A stretch of DNA of 64,000 bases from positions 22,257,360-22,321,359 of the forward strand of contig NC_043019.1 of the NCBI RefSeq assembly GCF_006345805.1, given 5' to 3'. This document shows, piece after piece, positions 11,913 through 24,594 of this stretch. Source of the stretch: Octopus sinensis. Its lineage: Eukaryota. The notes beneath the pieces are model-generated. The model did no database searches. It was not told the DNA's origin and was given only the letters and a program-made list of their open reading frames with translations. Each line of letters begins with the position of its first letter. Position 1 is the stretch's first letter. Both the position numbers and the translations under genes were made by a program.

Positions 11913-13516
11913 TCACATACTTGACTTGTAGAAGATCCAGATGTAACAACTAGAGGGAGAGAGAGAGAGTTGAATCAGTACTGGGTTGGTACCTATTTAC
12001 AGCTGAGTAGATGAGGCAATGTGAAATGAAGTGCCTTGCTCAAGAATACAATGCACTTCCTAGTTTAAGAACTGAACTTATGACCTTATGAGCCCAACTC
12101 TCAAACCACTAGGCCACACCCCTTCACATCTGAAGGCACAATAGCATTATTTTAAGGTAGATATAACATTTATTGTCCTACACTTCTGTATGGGTTCTTA
12201 ACTACCATTGAATACGAGAATCAACTTTTAATATCTATTTCCTAAAATTTACTTAGAATTTTTAATATTTGATAAGATGGACATCATCACCATCATCATC
12301 GTTTAACGTCCACTTTCCATGCTAGCATGGGTTTGACGATTTGACTGAGGGCTGGCGAACCAGATGGCTGCATCAGGCTCAAGTCTTGATCTGGCAGAGT
12401 TTCTACAGCTGGATGCCCTCTGTAGGTTGAAGGAGGACAATGTGGAAAAGGCGCTTGCCCTGGTGGTCAGGGCAACCATGGTTTTGTAGTGTCTCCCTCT
12501 TTTGGGGAATTATTGTCATAATTTTATATTGTTACTGTTTTATTTTTCACATGCCTTTTATGTAACCGCACATTGTACTGTACTGTCCCCATTATTTTTC
12601 GTGAACCCTTAGTGGTAAATAAAGAAAATATGTTATAATTATTATTATCATAATAATTTTATTATCAGAATTTTACCTTTCATCTTCCTGGTGTCAGTAG
12701 AATAAAATACTAAGTAACATTGTCAGAAGAGGGAGGACAAATGTTTGTGAACCTGTTGATTGGTCACACCTGTGATTAGAAGGGTTCCAGCCTTGACCAC
12801 CTCATCTGTTTTATCCAGCAGTGATTTGCACAAGATATGTATAGGTGTAGTATGACTAAATAGTTAAGAAGTTTGCTTTGTAACCACAAGGTCCCAGTTA
12901 TTTCAACAGGTGGTGGGGGTTTGATTTAATTGCCTAAACACCCTCTCCAAAATATGTATCCTTGTGCTAAGGAATAATTATCTGCATCATCATCATCATC
13001 ATCATCATTTAGCGTCCGTTTTCCATGCTAGCATGGGTTGGACGGTTCAACTGGGGTCTGTGAAGCCAGAAGGCTGCATCAGGCCCAGTCTGATCTGGCA
13101 GTGTTTCTACGGCTGGATGCCCTTCCTAATGCCAACCACTCTGCGAGTGTAGTGGGTGCTTTTTATGTGCCACCCGCACAGGTGCCAGGCAGAGCTGGCA
13201 AACGGCCACGAACGAATGCCATGGGATGAAGGGGTTAAGGTATGAAAGAAGGGGGTTAGAACAAAACAGGGCGCAGCTGCATGGCTACCCACTTTACAGG
13301 AGAGATGGCTGGAGAGTTTGGGGGACATGGATGGAGAAAAATTTTCTTCATTTTTTTTCTGTTTTTCATTTATCTTTTTATATTGATTGTGGCCATGCTG
13401 GGGCATCCCCTTGAAAAGTTTAATTGAACAAATTGGCCCTAGTACATATTTTTTTTAAAGTCTGGTACTTATGCTATCAGTCTCTTTTGCTGGACTGCTA
13501 AGTTACAGGGACATAG

Positions 13517-13634
13517 ACAGCTGTGGCTGTGTGGTGAGAAGCATGGAACCTTGGGCAAGTGTCTTCTACTATAGTTTTGGGCCTACCAAAGCCTTGTGAG
13601 TGGATTTGGTAGACAGAAAGTTAAAGAAGCCTAT

Positions 13635-13665
<31 letters not shown>

Positions 13666-13890
13666 CCATGTGTATGTCTTTGTGTTTGTCCCCCACTGCT
13701 GATTGATGACTAGTGTCAGTGTGTTTATGTCCCAGTAACCTAGCAGTCTGGCAAAAAGAGACCATTAAAATAAGTATCAGGCTTAACAAAGAAAAAAAAA
13801 ATTAGTATTGGGATTGATTCATTGAACTAAAAGTTCTTCAAGGCCGTGCTACAGCATGGCCACTGTCTAATGACTGAAACAAGTAAAAGA
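13517..13890 (+). mobile_element. SINE family A, diverged copy
   Basis: gtggctgtgtggtgag...cttgggcaagtgtcttctactatag...ccactgtctaatgactgaaacaagtaaaaga. Confidence 0.8.
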
Positions 13891-13954
13891 TAAAAAAATA
13901 ACAGAATCCAACATGCAATGGAGGTGGAGATGCAAACACACACGCACACACACA

Positions 13955-13992
<38 letters not shown>

Positions 13993-14024
13993 ACACACAC
14001 AACACACATACACACACACACACA

Positions 14025-14057
<33 letters not shown>

Positions 14058-14299
14058 GCACGATGTGCTTTCACACAGTTTTCTTCTTCCAAATCCACTC
14101 ACAACGTACTGATTGACCCAGAGCTCTAATAGAAGACACTTACTCAAGGTGCTGCACAGTGGGACTGAACCCAAAACCCCCTGGTGCCAAAGCAAGCTTC
14201 TTAACCACACAACCGTGTCTATGTTTCTTCAGTTTCCTTCATGCTTTGTATTTTTTTCTTTATATATTTATTCATTTGCTTTTCTCTTTCTAATTTCAG

Positions 14300-14462
14300 T
14301 TTATTTATCTGGAGCAATGAAACCATCAACATCTGGTCTCATCTTCTTGGCTGTCTCATATTTGTGGTTCTGCTGATGTATGATAATGTCTATGCCATTC
14401 CAAAGATATCCGGTTCCTTTATGGATCACATCATCTGTAGTATATCTCTCATATGTTTTCAG
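14300..14462 (+). CDS. PAQR3: PAQR3 coding exon 2
   Basis: Acceptor ctctttctaatttcag, donor TTTCAG|GTGCGT. 163 nt, phase 2 to 0. (S)LFIWSNETINIWSHLLGCLIF...IICSISLICFQ carries the PAQR3-type SNETxNIWSH motif. Confidence 0.96.
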
Positions 14463-14751
14463 GTGCGTATTAAAACTGTTACACATTAATTCCCCTTCCT
14501 CATGACCAGTAGTGGTGGTGGCAGTGGTATAATAGTGGTGGTGATGTTAGTGGTTGTGTTGGTGGTAGTAGTAGTGTAGCCTTCCCCAAGCAATCTCTGA
14601 TCCTACAAGTCTTTGATCAAAGGTATTTCTATCTTTTTATTCTTTTACTTGTTTCAGTCATTTGACTGTCGCCATGCTGTCCTTGAGGGGTTTTAGTTGA
14701 AGAAATTGACCCCAGGACTTATTTTTTAAAGCCTACCACTTATTCTATAGC

Positions 14752-15162
14752 CACACAAGCAGAAGAGCCCAGTCATGGCTGTCAGACAATTTCTGTGACC
14801 ACATCACCCCTAACATTTGGCCACCTAACTCCCCTGACTGCAACCCCCTTGATTATTATGTGTGGGGTGCAGTTGAGTGAGAGACCAACAGAACTCCTTG
14901 TAACACTAAATATGAACTGAAAGCAAGGATTATGGCAGCCTCACCAACTTAAACAAGGAGACCATCCAGAAGAGTCGCAGGAAATTCCGAAGTTGTCTGG
15001 AGGCTGTGGTTGAAGCCAATGGCGATTTTATTGAATAAATTTACTCTTCAGTATTTTAAGATATTTTTTATGTAATTTTGCTAACTGTATCTGTTAAAAT
15101 GAGATATCAGTGTTATTTTCATTTTCGGGTAATTTAGATGACAATTTATTCATGGCACCCTG
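14752..15162 (+). mobile_element. Tc1/mariner-superfamily transposon 3' remnant (transposase C-terminus + right TIR)
   Basis: HTSRRAQSWLSDNFCDHITPNIWPPNSPDCNPLDYYVWGAVE*ETNRTPCNTKYELKARIMA..., i.e. the WPxxSPDxNP catalytic motif with a stop. Ends ggcaccctg|TA. Confidence 0.88.
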
Positions 15163-16669
15163 TATATATGACGGATTTCTTTCAGTTTCCGTCTACCAAA
15201 TTCACTCACAAGGCTATGGTCGGCCTGAGGCTATAGTAGAAGAGATTAGCCCAAGGTGCCATACAGTGGGTCTGAACCAAGAACCATGTGGTTTGGAAGG
15301 AAGCTTCTTACCACACAGCCATACCTGACCGTTTTCTTTTTCATCTGGTTGTATGGTTAAGAAGTTCACTTTCTATCTGTGTGGTTGTGGTTTCAATCCC
15401 ACTGGATGTCAACTTGGAGAATTGTAATCTGCTGGCATGGGTGTTTTTTTACAAGGTGCTAGCACAGCTGCTTTGTTTGTGGTGCCAGCACGGGGGCTTT
15501 TTTAAGACCACAGGGTGTAATTTGAGGGATATGTAGATACTACTTTTAGCAAGTCACACCTTTACTGTTGTGGTGTTAGCTATGACCAGTTCTGTTTGGG
15601 CAGGCCAATGCTACAGTTTCAATCCCACTGTACAGCGGTTTGGATGAGAGTCTTGTACCATAGTGTCAGGTTATTCAATAAACCAATGCTTTGTGACTGG
15701 TAAATCACTGTACAGCATTTTGAATATCCTACTGTAGTCTTGTATTGACCAATGCTCTGTGAGTAAAGTTTGGTACGAAAGAAACTGCAGAAGCCTGTGA
15801 GAGGGACTGTTCCTAATCTTTGGTTGTAGATTTGGATTTAATCCCCTCATCTGGTCCTCAGGATCTTCTAGTGGACTCCACTGTTTTGCAAGCATTCAAG
15901 TCAGGACATTGGTCTCAGAAAGAAAATGTTCACCCTTTTTTCCCCCTCTCCAAGTCTTAGAGCCCTCCAGAGTAAGGCTACTGCCACTACCCTTCCTCCC
16001 CAACTCCCTGACTTGATCATTAAAAGAAACATAACAAAAAAAAATTCCAAACTGTATTTATTCTTTTACCCTTGTTTCAGTCATTGGTCTATGGCCATGT
16101 TGGGGGCCCCTGCTTTGAAGGGCTTTTATTCAGCCAAATTGATCCCAGTACTTATTTGAAGCTTGGTGTTTATTTTGTCTGTCTTTTTTGTCAAAGCTCT
16201 TAGATACAAGGATGTAAACTATTTTACATCAGTTGCTAAATGGTGAGAACACACACACACATTCGACAAGCTTCCACCAGTTTCCTTTTTTCAGATTCAC
16301 TCTCAAGGCATTAGTCAGCTTGTAGCTATCGTAGAAAACCCTTTCTTGAAGTGCTGTGTAATGGGACTGAACCTGAAACTTCATTCTTATGAAGCAAAAT
16401 TCATTTTCACACTACCATGCCTGTGCCTAAAAAAAATCACTCTATTCTGATGCTGAGAATTGAACTCAGGCCACTAGATGACATGGGATGCATTTATTTA
16501 ACTGTCTTGCTTAAAATTTAGAAATTAAAAAGCAATTGGTTCCCTTTTTGAAAATGGTCAGTAGTTTGTGTTGATTGAGATTCAAATAGGCTGATGATTA
16601 TAAAATTAATAAGCTTAATTATTGCTGAGGCTAATCAACGTTTCCAACTAACTGGATTATAGATTTAGG

Positions 16670-17420
16670 TCTGTCATGAACTCTAGGATTCATGAGACCA
16701 GAGCTTAACCTGGATTCTATGACATAAGTTACTGTGATTATAATACTCTGCTTCATCCTACTCAGTAGGATGCTAGTCTGTCACATGGTTAACTTGCCAG
16801 CTGTTGCAAGAATTCATCTCTGAGTGGACTGGAACAATGGGAAATGAAATTCCTTGTTAAATGGCTCAAGAACACAATGTACTGCCTATTCCAGGAATTG
16901 AACCTATGGCATTACAATTGTGAGCCAAACATTCTCAGCACTGGGCCACATGACTATTATCGACATTGGTGGTCCATTGTAGAGTCAACTTCTCAGCTAT
17001 TGTCAAGTGAACTTCTTAGTAGAGTCAACTTCTCAGCTGAGTGAACTGGATCAACATGAAATAAAATATTTCACTCAAGCACACAACACACTGCCTAGTC
17101 TAGGAATTGAAACCATGATCTTATGGTCTTACTGAGGATTAGACTTAAATCTGTCATGAGCCCTAGGACTCAGAAGACTAGAGCTTGACCTGGTTTCCAT
17201 AGCAAATAAGTGACTGAGATTACAACTTTCTCCCTCTCCCCCTGGACAGGATGCCAGTCTGTCGCAGAGTTAACTTACCAGCTATTACTGGAACTCATTT
17301 ACAGCTGAGTGGACTGAGGCGATGTGAAATGATGTGTTTTTGCTCAAGTACACAAAAACTGCCTGGTTCAGGAATCAAAATAAAATCTTACATTCATGGG
17401 TGCAGCACCCTAACTTTCAA
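16670..17420 (-). mobile_element. Cluster of degenerate V-domain-like SINE copies
   Basis: Minus strand cttgagcaaaaacac...gtccactcagctgtaaatgag...ctgcgacagactggcatcctgtccagggg. Related pieces near 11975-12130, 58200-58385 and 61790-62090. Confidence 0.55.
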
Positions 17421-18859
17421 ACACACATTATTGATATAACAAATAATGACATGGGAATGTCTTCAGGGACGCCTTCTGAGTGAAGAACATATAGTTAAGT
17501 GAGAATTAACATACTTAGAGTATGTTAAGAGAGAACATCCCCTTTGCCTTGTCACCCACTGCTATCAATTATTTGAATTGGTTAAAACGATTGCTTCTGT
17601 AATGAAAAGATAAGTCATTAGACATGAGAGTTCTTGTCAAGAAATCTAAAGAAGACAACTTCGAAATCCTCAAACTGGAGAGAGAGTCAACTTTAATGTC
17701 TGTAACAGAGGAATCCACTGAAGTGATTAAAAAATAAATAGGAGGACCTGTAGTGGGGGAGTTAAAATGAGTTTTATTTCGCAAGTACAGTGATAACTCT
17801 AAGCATGTTTCTGTATTATTTAGACCGCTTCAGCAAAGCAAAGTCTAACTGATAGATGCTAGATCTTAGATTGACCTGGAAAGAATATTTAGGATTTCGA
17901 GTACAAAAAAACAAAACAAAAAAAAAATGAAATAAATAAAACACAAAAAAATATACACTTACTGATTAATGTGATGTAAATAATAGAATATCTACTCCTG
18001 ACTGAGAATAAAGTCAAAAACTAGGCTGTGGATAGTGGTGGCAGTCGTGGTGGTGGGTTATTATTTAGTGGATTAGCACCAAGATATGTGCTGTCAATAA
18101 TAGGAAGGTGTCTAATTTAGTGGACTAGTACCTAGATATGTGTTATGTCATAAACAGGGAGGTGTATAATTTAGTGGATTAGCATCAAGGGGGCTATCTG
18201 TGCCATAGACAGGATGTGTTTATAACTTAGTGAATTAATACCTGTGTTTGTTTTCATTCTATAGTTTTGTGGTGGTATATTCCATCCAGCTAGAACAATA
18301 ATAAAACTTTAATAACTTTCCAGATCTATTTGGACAGGAAAGTGAAGATGGAAAGAGAAGTGCCTATTCTCCTCTTCCAAGTTTGTTTAAAAAGTGGGTG
18401 ACAGGGACAAAAATGACAAGTGTTTTGCTTCTCACCTTCAGCTGGTACCTGAAGAAAGAGAGAATGACATTTGGGAGAGGCCACTTATCCTTAGTAGCCA
18501 TGGTGACCCTAGATTTGTGAGGTTTCTTTATTAGCCCTTGTTGGAGGCTCTCCATTGACAAAGGGCTATATCAGTCCTTATTTGAATATGATTTATATTC
18601 TTTATCTCAAGTATTATTTCTGTGTAGACGTCCACATTGGCAGAATCATTATAATGTCAAACAAAATGTCTTGTATTTTTTCCATACATTCTGAGTTCAA
18701 ATCTTATTGATGTCAACATTACCTTTTATTCCAAAGGGATCGATAAAGTAAAATACCATCAAGAACCGAGGTCAAATGTTATTGACTAACCCTTTCCCTC
18801 AAAGTTGCTGACCTTGTGCCTAAATTAGGAAGTTATTATTATTGTTATTATTATTATTA

Positions 18860-19210
18860 TTCTATGTTTGACTTTTGCTTTATATTTGTACAAGTTGGCT
18901 CCAAGTCTCACCCAGAGACCTCAAGAGACAACAGGTTGGAAGTTCGTGATGCTGTTATGCCTAGTGTGCCATATATTTGTTTTTTTTTTTTGGTGTCTGA
19001 ATGTCTAAAAAAAAAAAACGAAAATTATGTTTGTTTTAAACCCTGAGATTACATAGAAAGTATTTTGCGTAGGATATGAGCAGTTCCTATGAGCACTATC
19101 TTTTGAATTTCTGCCAATTTTGGGTTTCCTGGTATCTGAGTTAGGTAGCAATTAGTCCCTTTCACTATCATTCCCAGGGCACCTATGACAACAGGTATTG
19201 TTTTAGTCCT
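18860..19210 (-). mobile_element. R4/Dong-like RLE non-LTR retrotransposon 3' end
   Basis: Minus strand TKTIPVVIGALGMIVKGTNCYLTQIPGNPKLAEIQKIVLIGTAHILRKILSM* (stop 19049-19051), 3' UTR ending in (AAT)n. Confidence 0.8.
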
Positions 19211-19230
19211 TTAGTCCTTTATTATTATTA

Positions 19231-19261
<31 letters not shown>

Positions 19262-19739
19262 ATTATTATTATTATTAATGTTAAGGTGGTGAGCCAGCAG
19301 AATTGTTAAAATGTCTGGCAAAATGCTTAGGGGCATTTCATCTGCCACTGCATTCTGAGTTCAAGTTCCATCGAGGTTGACTTTGCCTTTCATCCTTTCG
19401 GGGTCGATAAATTAAGTACCAGTGAAACACTGGAGTCGCTGTAATCTTTTTCTTTTTGCCAGCCGTAAACTTGAAAATTGAAGACTGACAATGTCATTCC
19501 ATCAACGTAGGAATGTTCATTGCCCTTGTTCAAATTTTGAATTTTTGAATATCCATAATTTTTAATTTCTATGTACCACTCTTCATTTTGAACTCAACAA
19601 AGACAGACAAGCTGTTGGAATATTGTTGAACCAATAAAATATCTGTTGCAATTGCATTGCACTCTTTGTATTGCCTATTTACTTTTGTGAAGAGTGACAT
19701 CAATCTTTTAAAATATTATTATTATCATTATTATTATTA

Positions 19740-19788
<49 letters not shown>

Positions 19789-19976
19789 GTATGATGCATT
19801 TAATGAGTTTAAGGTAACATCTTTTATGATAACTAATGTTGACAGTATCGAATTGCTTTGTTGGGATCAGGACTTCGTTAGCTTAAAAAATAAAATAAAA
19901 TATACTCATTATAATAAATGAATTTGATACTATGAATGTGAAGAGTGCTAGGTGTGTGTGTGTGTGTGTGTGTGTG

Positions 19977-20010
<34 letters not shown>

Positions 20011-20464
20011 ATGCATGTGCATGTGTGTGTGTGTGTGTGTATGCTTGTGTGTGTGTATGCTTGTGTTTATGTATTGTACTCCAACAAGAAAACAATAAGT
20101 CCTAAGTTGTACTCCAATAAAAAGCAAAGAATACTAGGTGTGTGTTGTACTTAAACAGGAAAGTTGAGAATTGAATGAGAAAGTGTGTGTGTGTGTTGTA
20201 CTCTACTAGTTTAGTGTGTGTTGTACTCCAACAAAAAGCAAACAACACTTGATGTGTTGTACTCCAATGAAAAGCAAAGAGTACTCGGTGTAGATTATTC
20301 TCCAACAAAGTCATAAGCATACTAAGTGTGTGTTGTACTGCAACAAAATAAGAAAGTATCAAGTACTATAAAAATTCAGTGTTCTTTGTTGTTTTAATCA
20401 TTATTTTGTATATTTATTTATTTTTCTCTTTTTTTTTTGTTTCTTCTTCCTCTTCTCTCTGCAG

Positions 20465-20617
20465 ATTTGTATGATTAGTTCTGCTTCATATCATGTCTTT
20501 TACTGTCATTCCCCTAAAGCCAACATCCGGTGGTTGGCTATTGACCTGTCTGGAATAATATTTGGTCTGATGGGATGTTACATTCCTGGGGTGCATTATT
20601 CATTTTATTGTTTAGTG
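20465..20617 (+). CDS. PAQR3: PAQR3 coding exon 3
   Basis: Acceptor cttctctctgcag, donor GTG|GTAAGT. 153 nt, phase 0-0. ICMISSASYHVFYCHSPKANIRWLAIDLSGIIFGLMGCYIPGVHYSFYCLV contains the conserved SxxxH and D of the PAQR/CREST fold. Confidence 0.96.
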
Positions 20618-21289
20618 GTAAGTCATGTTCTCTCTCTCTCTCTCTCTCTGACTATACTTTTTGTGTGTTTGTGTGTGTGTATTTATGTACATATATGTTT
20701 GTTTCTTTATTTCTCCTTTTCTTTCTCCTGTGTGACTTATAATTATTCTTGTTAATTCTAACCCCAACTTTATTGCAATGTTCTTGCTTTTTGCTTCTCC
20801 CTCCTTTACAGTTGCTGGCCTGTTTAAATTTCTCATCTAATGACCGTCTTCTTTTTGGCCCCATGAGATACAAAGGCTGACTGTTCATGATGCTAACACC
20901 AATACTGGAAGTCTCTCTTGTTTCTCCTCACATCATGCTAGACATGACCACTAGATCCCTGTCCACTCTAGTAACAGTCATAGCCGTCTCGTATTAAAAT
21001 AGTTACTCATTGTTGTATTTGAGCATTTGGAATCATATTCTATTTTACTTTATTTTCTGATTTTTGGCAACTTTAATTGAAAGGGAAAATTAATCATGCT
21101 TGCAAATCTACCATCTGCTGGTCAAGCATGGCCCAACTTCTCTTATTCCTCACAGGTACAGATACAACCAGATTGTGACCAACAAAGAGCCAAGCAGTTT
21201 TTCTGCAGAAGACAGAATCCCTTCTACTGTAGGTTCTACTGTAGGCATTAAGGGTAGCAATTTTAAAAGTATGTACAATGAAAAGTAGT

Positions 21290-22265
21290 TCCAGCGGGAT
21301 TGTGGAGATGCTGGAGTGGAGATGAGACAAGTGGATGTGTGTTGTGTGCAAGCCATAAGATGGAAGGGATCCTCAGTCAAACTCCTCACAGGTAGAAGAC
21401 AGCAGTTCAAACTCTTCTGTGCAGGCAGTAGTGATGGAAGGAGTGGAGTAGGTATACTGTTAACTGAGAGATGAATAGATAAGGTAACAAAAGTAGTCAG
21501 GGTGTGTGATAAGATTATTAAGTTAAGATTAATCATAGGCAACACAATAGTGACATTTATCTAGGCATATTCTCCACAGGATAGACTACTAGAAAAACAG
21601 AAGAATCATGTCTGTGAGATTCTTCTGCAGACTGCCTCAATGACAAGTGATGCTGATCTTATTGTAGCTGTTGACTTCAACAGACATATTAGTCTATGGA
21701 AGCTATGGTTATGGCATGAGAAATGAGGCAAATGTAAGGCTGCCGGGGTTTTGTGATGCTACTGAGATAACAATTTGCACCACACTCTGTAAGAAACCAA
21801 CCAACTACCTTATCATTTACCAGGAAATGGGGCAGAATGCTCATTGTGAATATCAGTACCTCTCCCAGTGAAGAATGCACTGTGCAACTTAAGTTAGTGG
21901 CTAGTGACTTCTGTGTCAGAGCAGGTGAAAGCATCATGGAGAAGGAAGGTCTGGAGAATCACGACATCATGTCCTACTCTCTCACAGCAATCCCCTTGTC
22001 CCCTAGCATGAAGCTGATCCACTCCACCTGCCCCAGGGCTCGTAGTATGGCAAACTGCATGGCAGCTTCAATAGTGCAGGTGACATGCAAAAGTCTCCAA
22101 TCCACACTGTAATGTGGTTGGCGTTAGGGAGGGCATCCAGCTGTAAAAATCATGCCAAGCACACATTGGACCTCAATGCAGTCCTTGGACACAAACTGTC
22201 AAACCGTCCAACCCATGCCAGCATGGAACATGGACGTTAAATGATGATGACGATGATGCTGATGT
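21290..22265 (+). mobile_element. Degenerate, internally deleted RTE-like LINE (APE endonuclease remnant + 3' tail)
   Basis: VDVCCVQAIRWKGSS...GVGILLTER*...AYSPQ...DFN..GSYGYGMRNE: APE motifs with stops. Ends with the same agggcatccagc...ggacgttaaatgatgatg tail as SINE B. Confidence 0.75.
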
Positions 22266-22854
22266 ATGATGTTTTTACTTTCATTTTTCCATGCTAGAAT
22301 GGGTTGCACAAATATATTATCGAAGCATTATTCTCTAGCTAGAGGCCCTTCTGGTCAAGGAAATTGTTACACGCCTCTGTGCTGTGGGCATGTAACAAAC
22401 ACCATCCGAGCGTGGCCGTTCGCCAGCCTCGTCTGGCACCTGTGTCGGTGGCACATAAGAAAACACCATCCGAGCGTGGCCGTCTGCCAGCCTCGTCTGG
22501 CACCTGTGTCGGTGGCACATAAAATCACCCACTACACTCTCGGAGTGGTTGGCGTTAGGAAGGGCATCCAGCTGTAGAAACGCTGCCAGATCTGACTGGC
22601 CTGGTGCAACCTTCGGGCTTGCCAGACCCCAGTTGAACCGTCCAACCCATGTTAGCATGGAAAGTGGACGTTAAACGATGATGATGATGATGATGTAAGA
22701 CCCATATTTCTGGTTGTGGTACTTCATCTTATCGCGATCAGCTACCAGTATGGTACACCATCGTTATGATTTTGTTGTCATCCACCCATAATAAACAACT
22801 GATAGACAGACGGAAGTGTATTAACACCCCTTTCATCTTTCTAGAAAAAAATTT

Positions 22855-23278
22855 GGATTTTTTCAGTTTGAACGGAGTTTTTAACATAATTTCTAGGTAA
22901 CTAAAAAATTTTAAACTTTGTATACTGGTAGAATGTGTTTATAAAACATCTTTTTCTCTTGGCTTTATTGAGAAAATTCTCTAGTTTGTAAGATATTTGT
23001 TTTTCTTTTCTTCAATTTCTGCAATTTCAACCAATCACTGACGTCTATTGAGGAAAAAAACATTCTGTGCCGTATTAATATGTCCCTCGTTTAAGAACCA
23101 GATTGGGTTTATTTACATTTCTGAAGAAAAAAAGATACCTTCCCCCCACCCCTAACCCTAACTAACCCTAATCCTAAAAGAGATTGAAATGCAATAGATC
23201 GATACTAGGGTCATAATTATGGGTGATAATTTCATATGACACTGCTAGAAAAAACTGCCGTTCAAACTGAAAAGATCC
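22855..23278. mobile_element. MITE with ~29-bp TIRs and 7-bp TSD aaaattt
   Basis: Left ggattttttcagtttgaacggagttttt, right aaaaaactgccgttcaaactgaaaagatcc; aaaattt on both flanks. Confidence 0.85.
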
Positions 23279-23834
23279 AAAATTTCTATTTTAACAATTT
23301 AAATAAATGTCTCTTAAAGGTAAAACAGTCAGTAAATAACGTAAAACAGTCAATAAATAACGTAAAACAATATTAGGTGTGGGTTATTTTTGCTGTGAAA
23401 GGAGATATAATGAGATGACATGACCGTCCCAAATAACTGAAAATGTACTGTAAGCAATTCTTCTTTAGTTTGTGCTAACATGCGGTGGTATTTTGGCTTG
23501 CTTTCAATATTCTATTATTAGTAATAATTATTTTGCCAAGCAGGTTTATGCTTATCTGGTTCCCTAACCTAATACACTTAGTCTCTCATGCGTAATATGG
23601 CCGCATTAAACGCAAGCTAAATGGTACGTTTAAAAAGACAGAAGCGCATCTTGCTGTATGCCAGCAAATACGGTACATATAAATATTCAGTTAGATATTT
23701 CTTTAATCAAGAGACAAAACTGGGAAAACCAGCTCGTTGCTAATTAATAATCATAATCAAATGACTAGGCTCTGTGGGAAAATTGTTTTAAATATAAGCA
23801 GACTTTGGTGGTGAAAGAGTCGGAAGCCACTGTT

Positions 23835-24042
23835 GTCAGTTAAGGTGAGACAGTGTCACATGACAACTTGCTGGGGCTGCCTGTTGACAAGTGACGGTCG
23901 TTTAGAAAAAGCACGGGCTAAAACTACGCGCCTTCACTAGTCAGTTAAGGTGAGACAGTGTCACGTGATAACTTGCTGGGGCCGCCTGCTGGAGCCTATG
24001 CGGCAGGTATTTAAAGGGAAAAATTTGATAAGACAGTCAGTC
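23835..24042 (+). promoter_or_regulatory. LTR-U3-like Pol II promoter: 49-bp direct repeats, TATA and Inr
   Basis: Direct repeats 23835-23883 and 23940-23988 (3 mismatches); TATTTAAA at 24008; Inr TCAGTC at 24037-24042 with the A 31 nt downstream of the TATA start. Confidence 0.62.
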
Positions 24043-24164
24043 ACCAGCTGACACTTGCTGACGATACATCGAAGAGGCCAGGGAACAGAAGAACGAAGAA
24101 GAAAGAAGACATGCACTCAACACCAGAGCTGAAGACACCTCCGAAAGGGGGGGGGGCACCACGT

Positions 24165-24278
24165 CAAAACGGTAGAGGAGTAGGGGCCGAAACCGGACGT
24201 GGTTCCTCCTGATGATGTCTTCAGCTAACTGGATCCTATAAAGGAGCTGTTGTGGTAGCAGACCACGAAACACGGTTG
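24165..24278 (+). ncRNA. Candidate type III hammerhead ribozyme (probably degenerate)
   Basis: GUA^ at 24172-24174; stem I GAGGAG/UUCCUC directly before CUGAUGA (24209-24215); GAAA at 24267-24270; stem III bulged, stem II imperfect. Confidence 0.5.
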
Positions 24279-24502
24279 TAATTCCTAATTGATGTAAGGG
24301 AGGCAACTATGTTGGTAATAGTGCTAGGTAAGGGAGTTAAATCTGGTTTCTGGAAGAGAAAAACTAAAGAAGAAAATGAATCTTGAATGATCTTTCGTAG
24401 AAATCTCAGGAATATTGAACCTTGTTTATGTAAGGACAAAGTTTGTTTAGCCCTAGGTCAGTCCTAATTCAGTCGATCTATGATGAAACTCGTTTCACTT
24501 GA

Positions 24503-24540
<38 letters not shown>

Positions 24541-24560
24541 ATGTATATGTATGTATAGTA

Positions 24561-24593
<33 letters not shown>

Positions 24594-24594
<1 letters not shown>

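Noticed and set aside
24127-24150. A second hammerhead at CTGAAGA-cacctcc-GAAA
   Set aside because: No stem II can form between the core and GAAA; the GAAA is better explained as the loop of a CCUCC/GGGGG hairpin.
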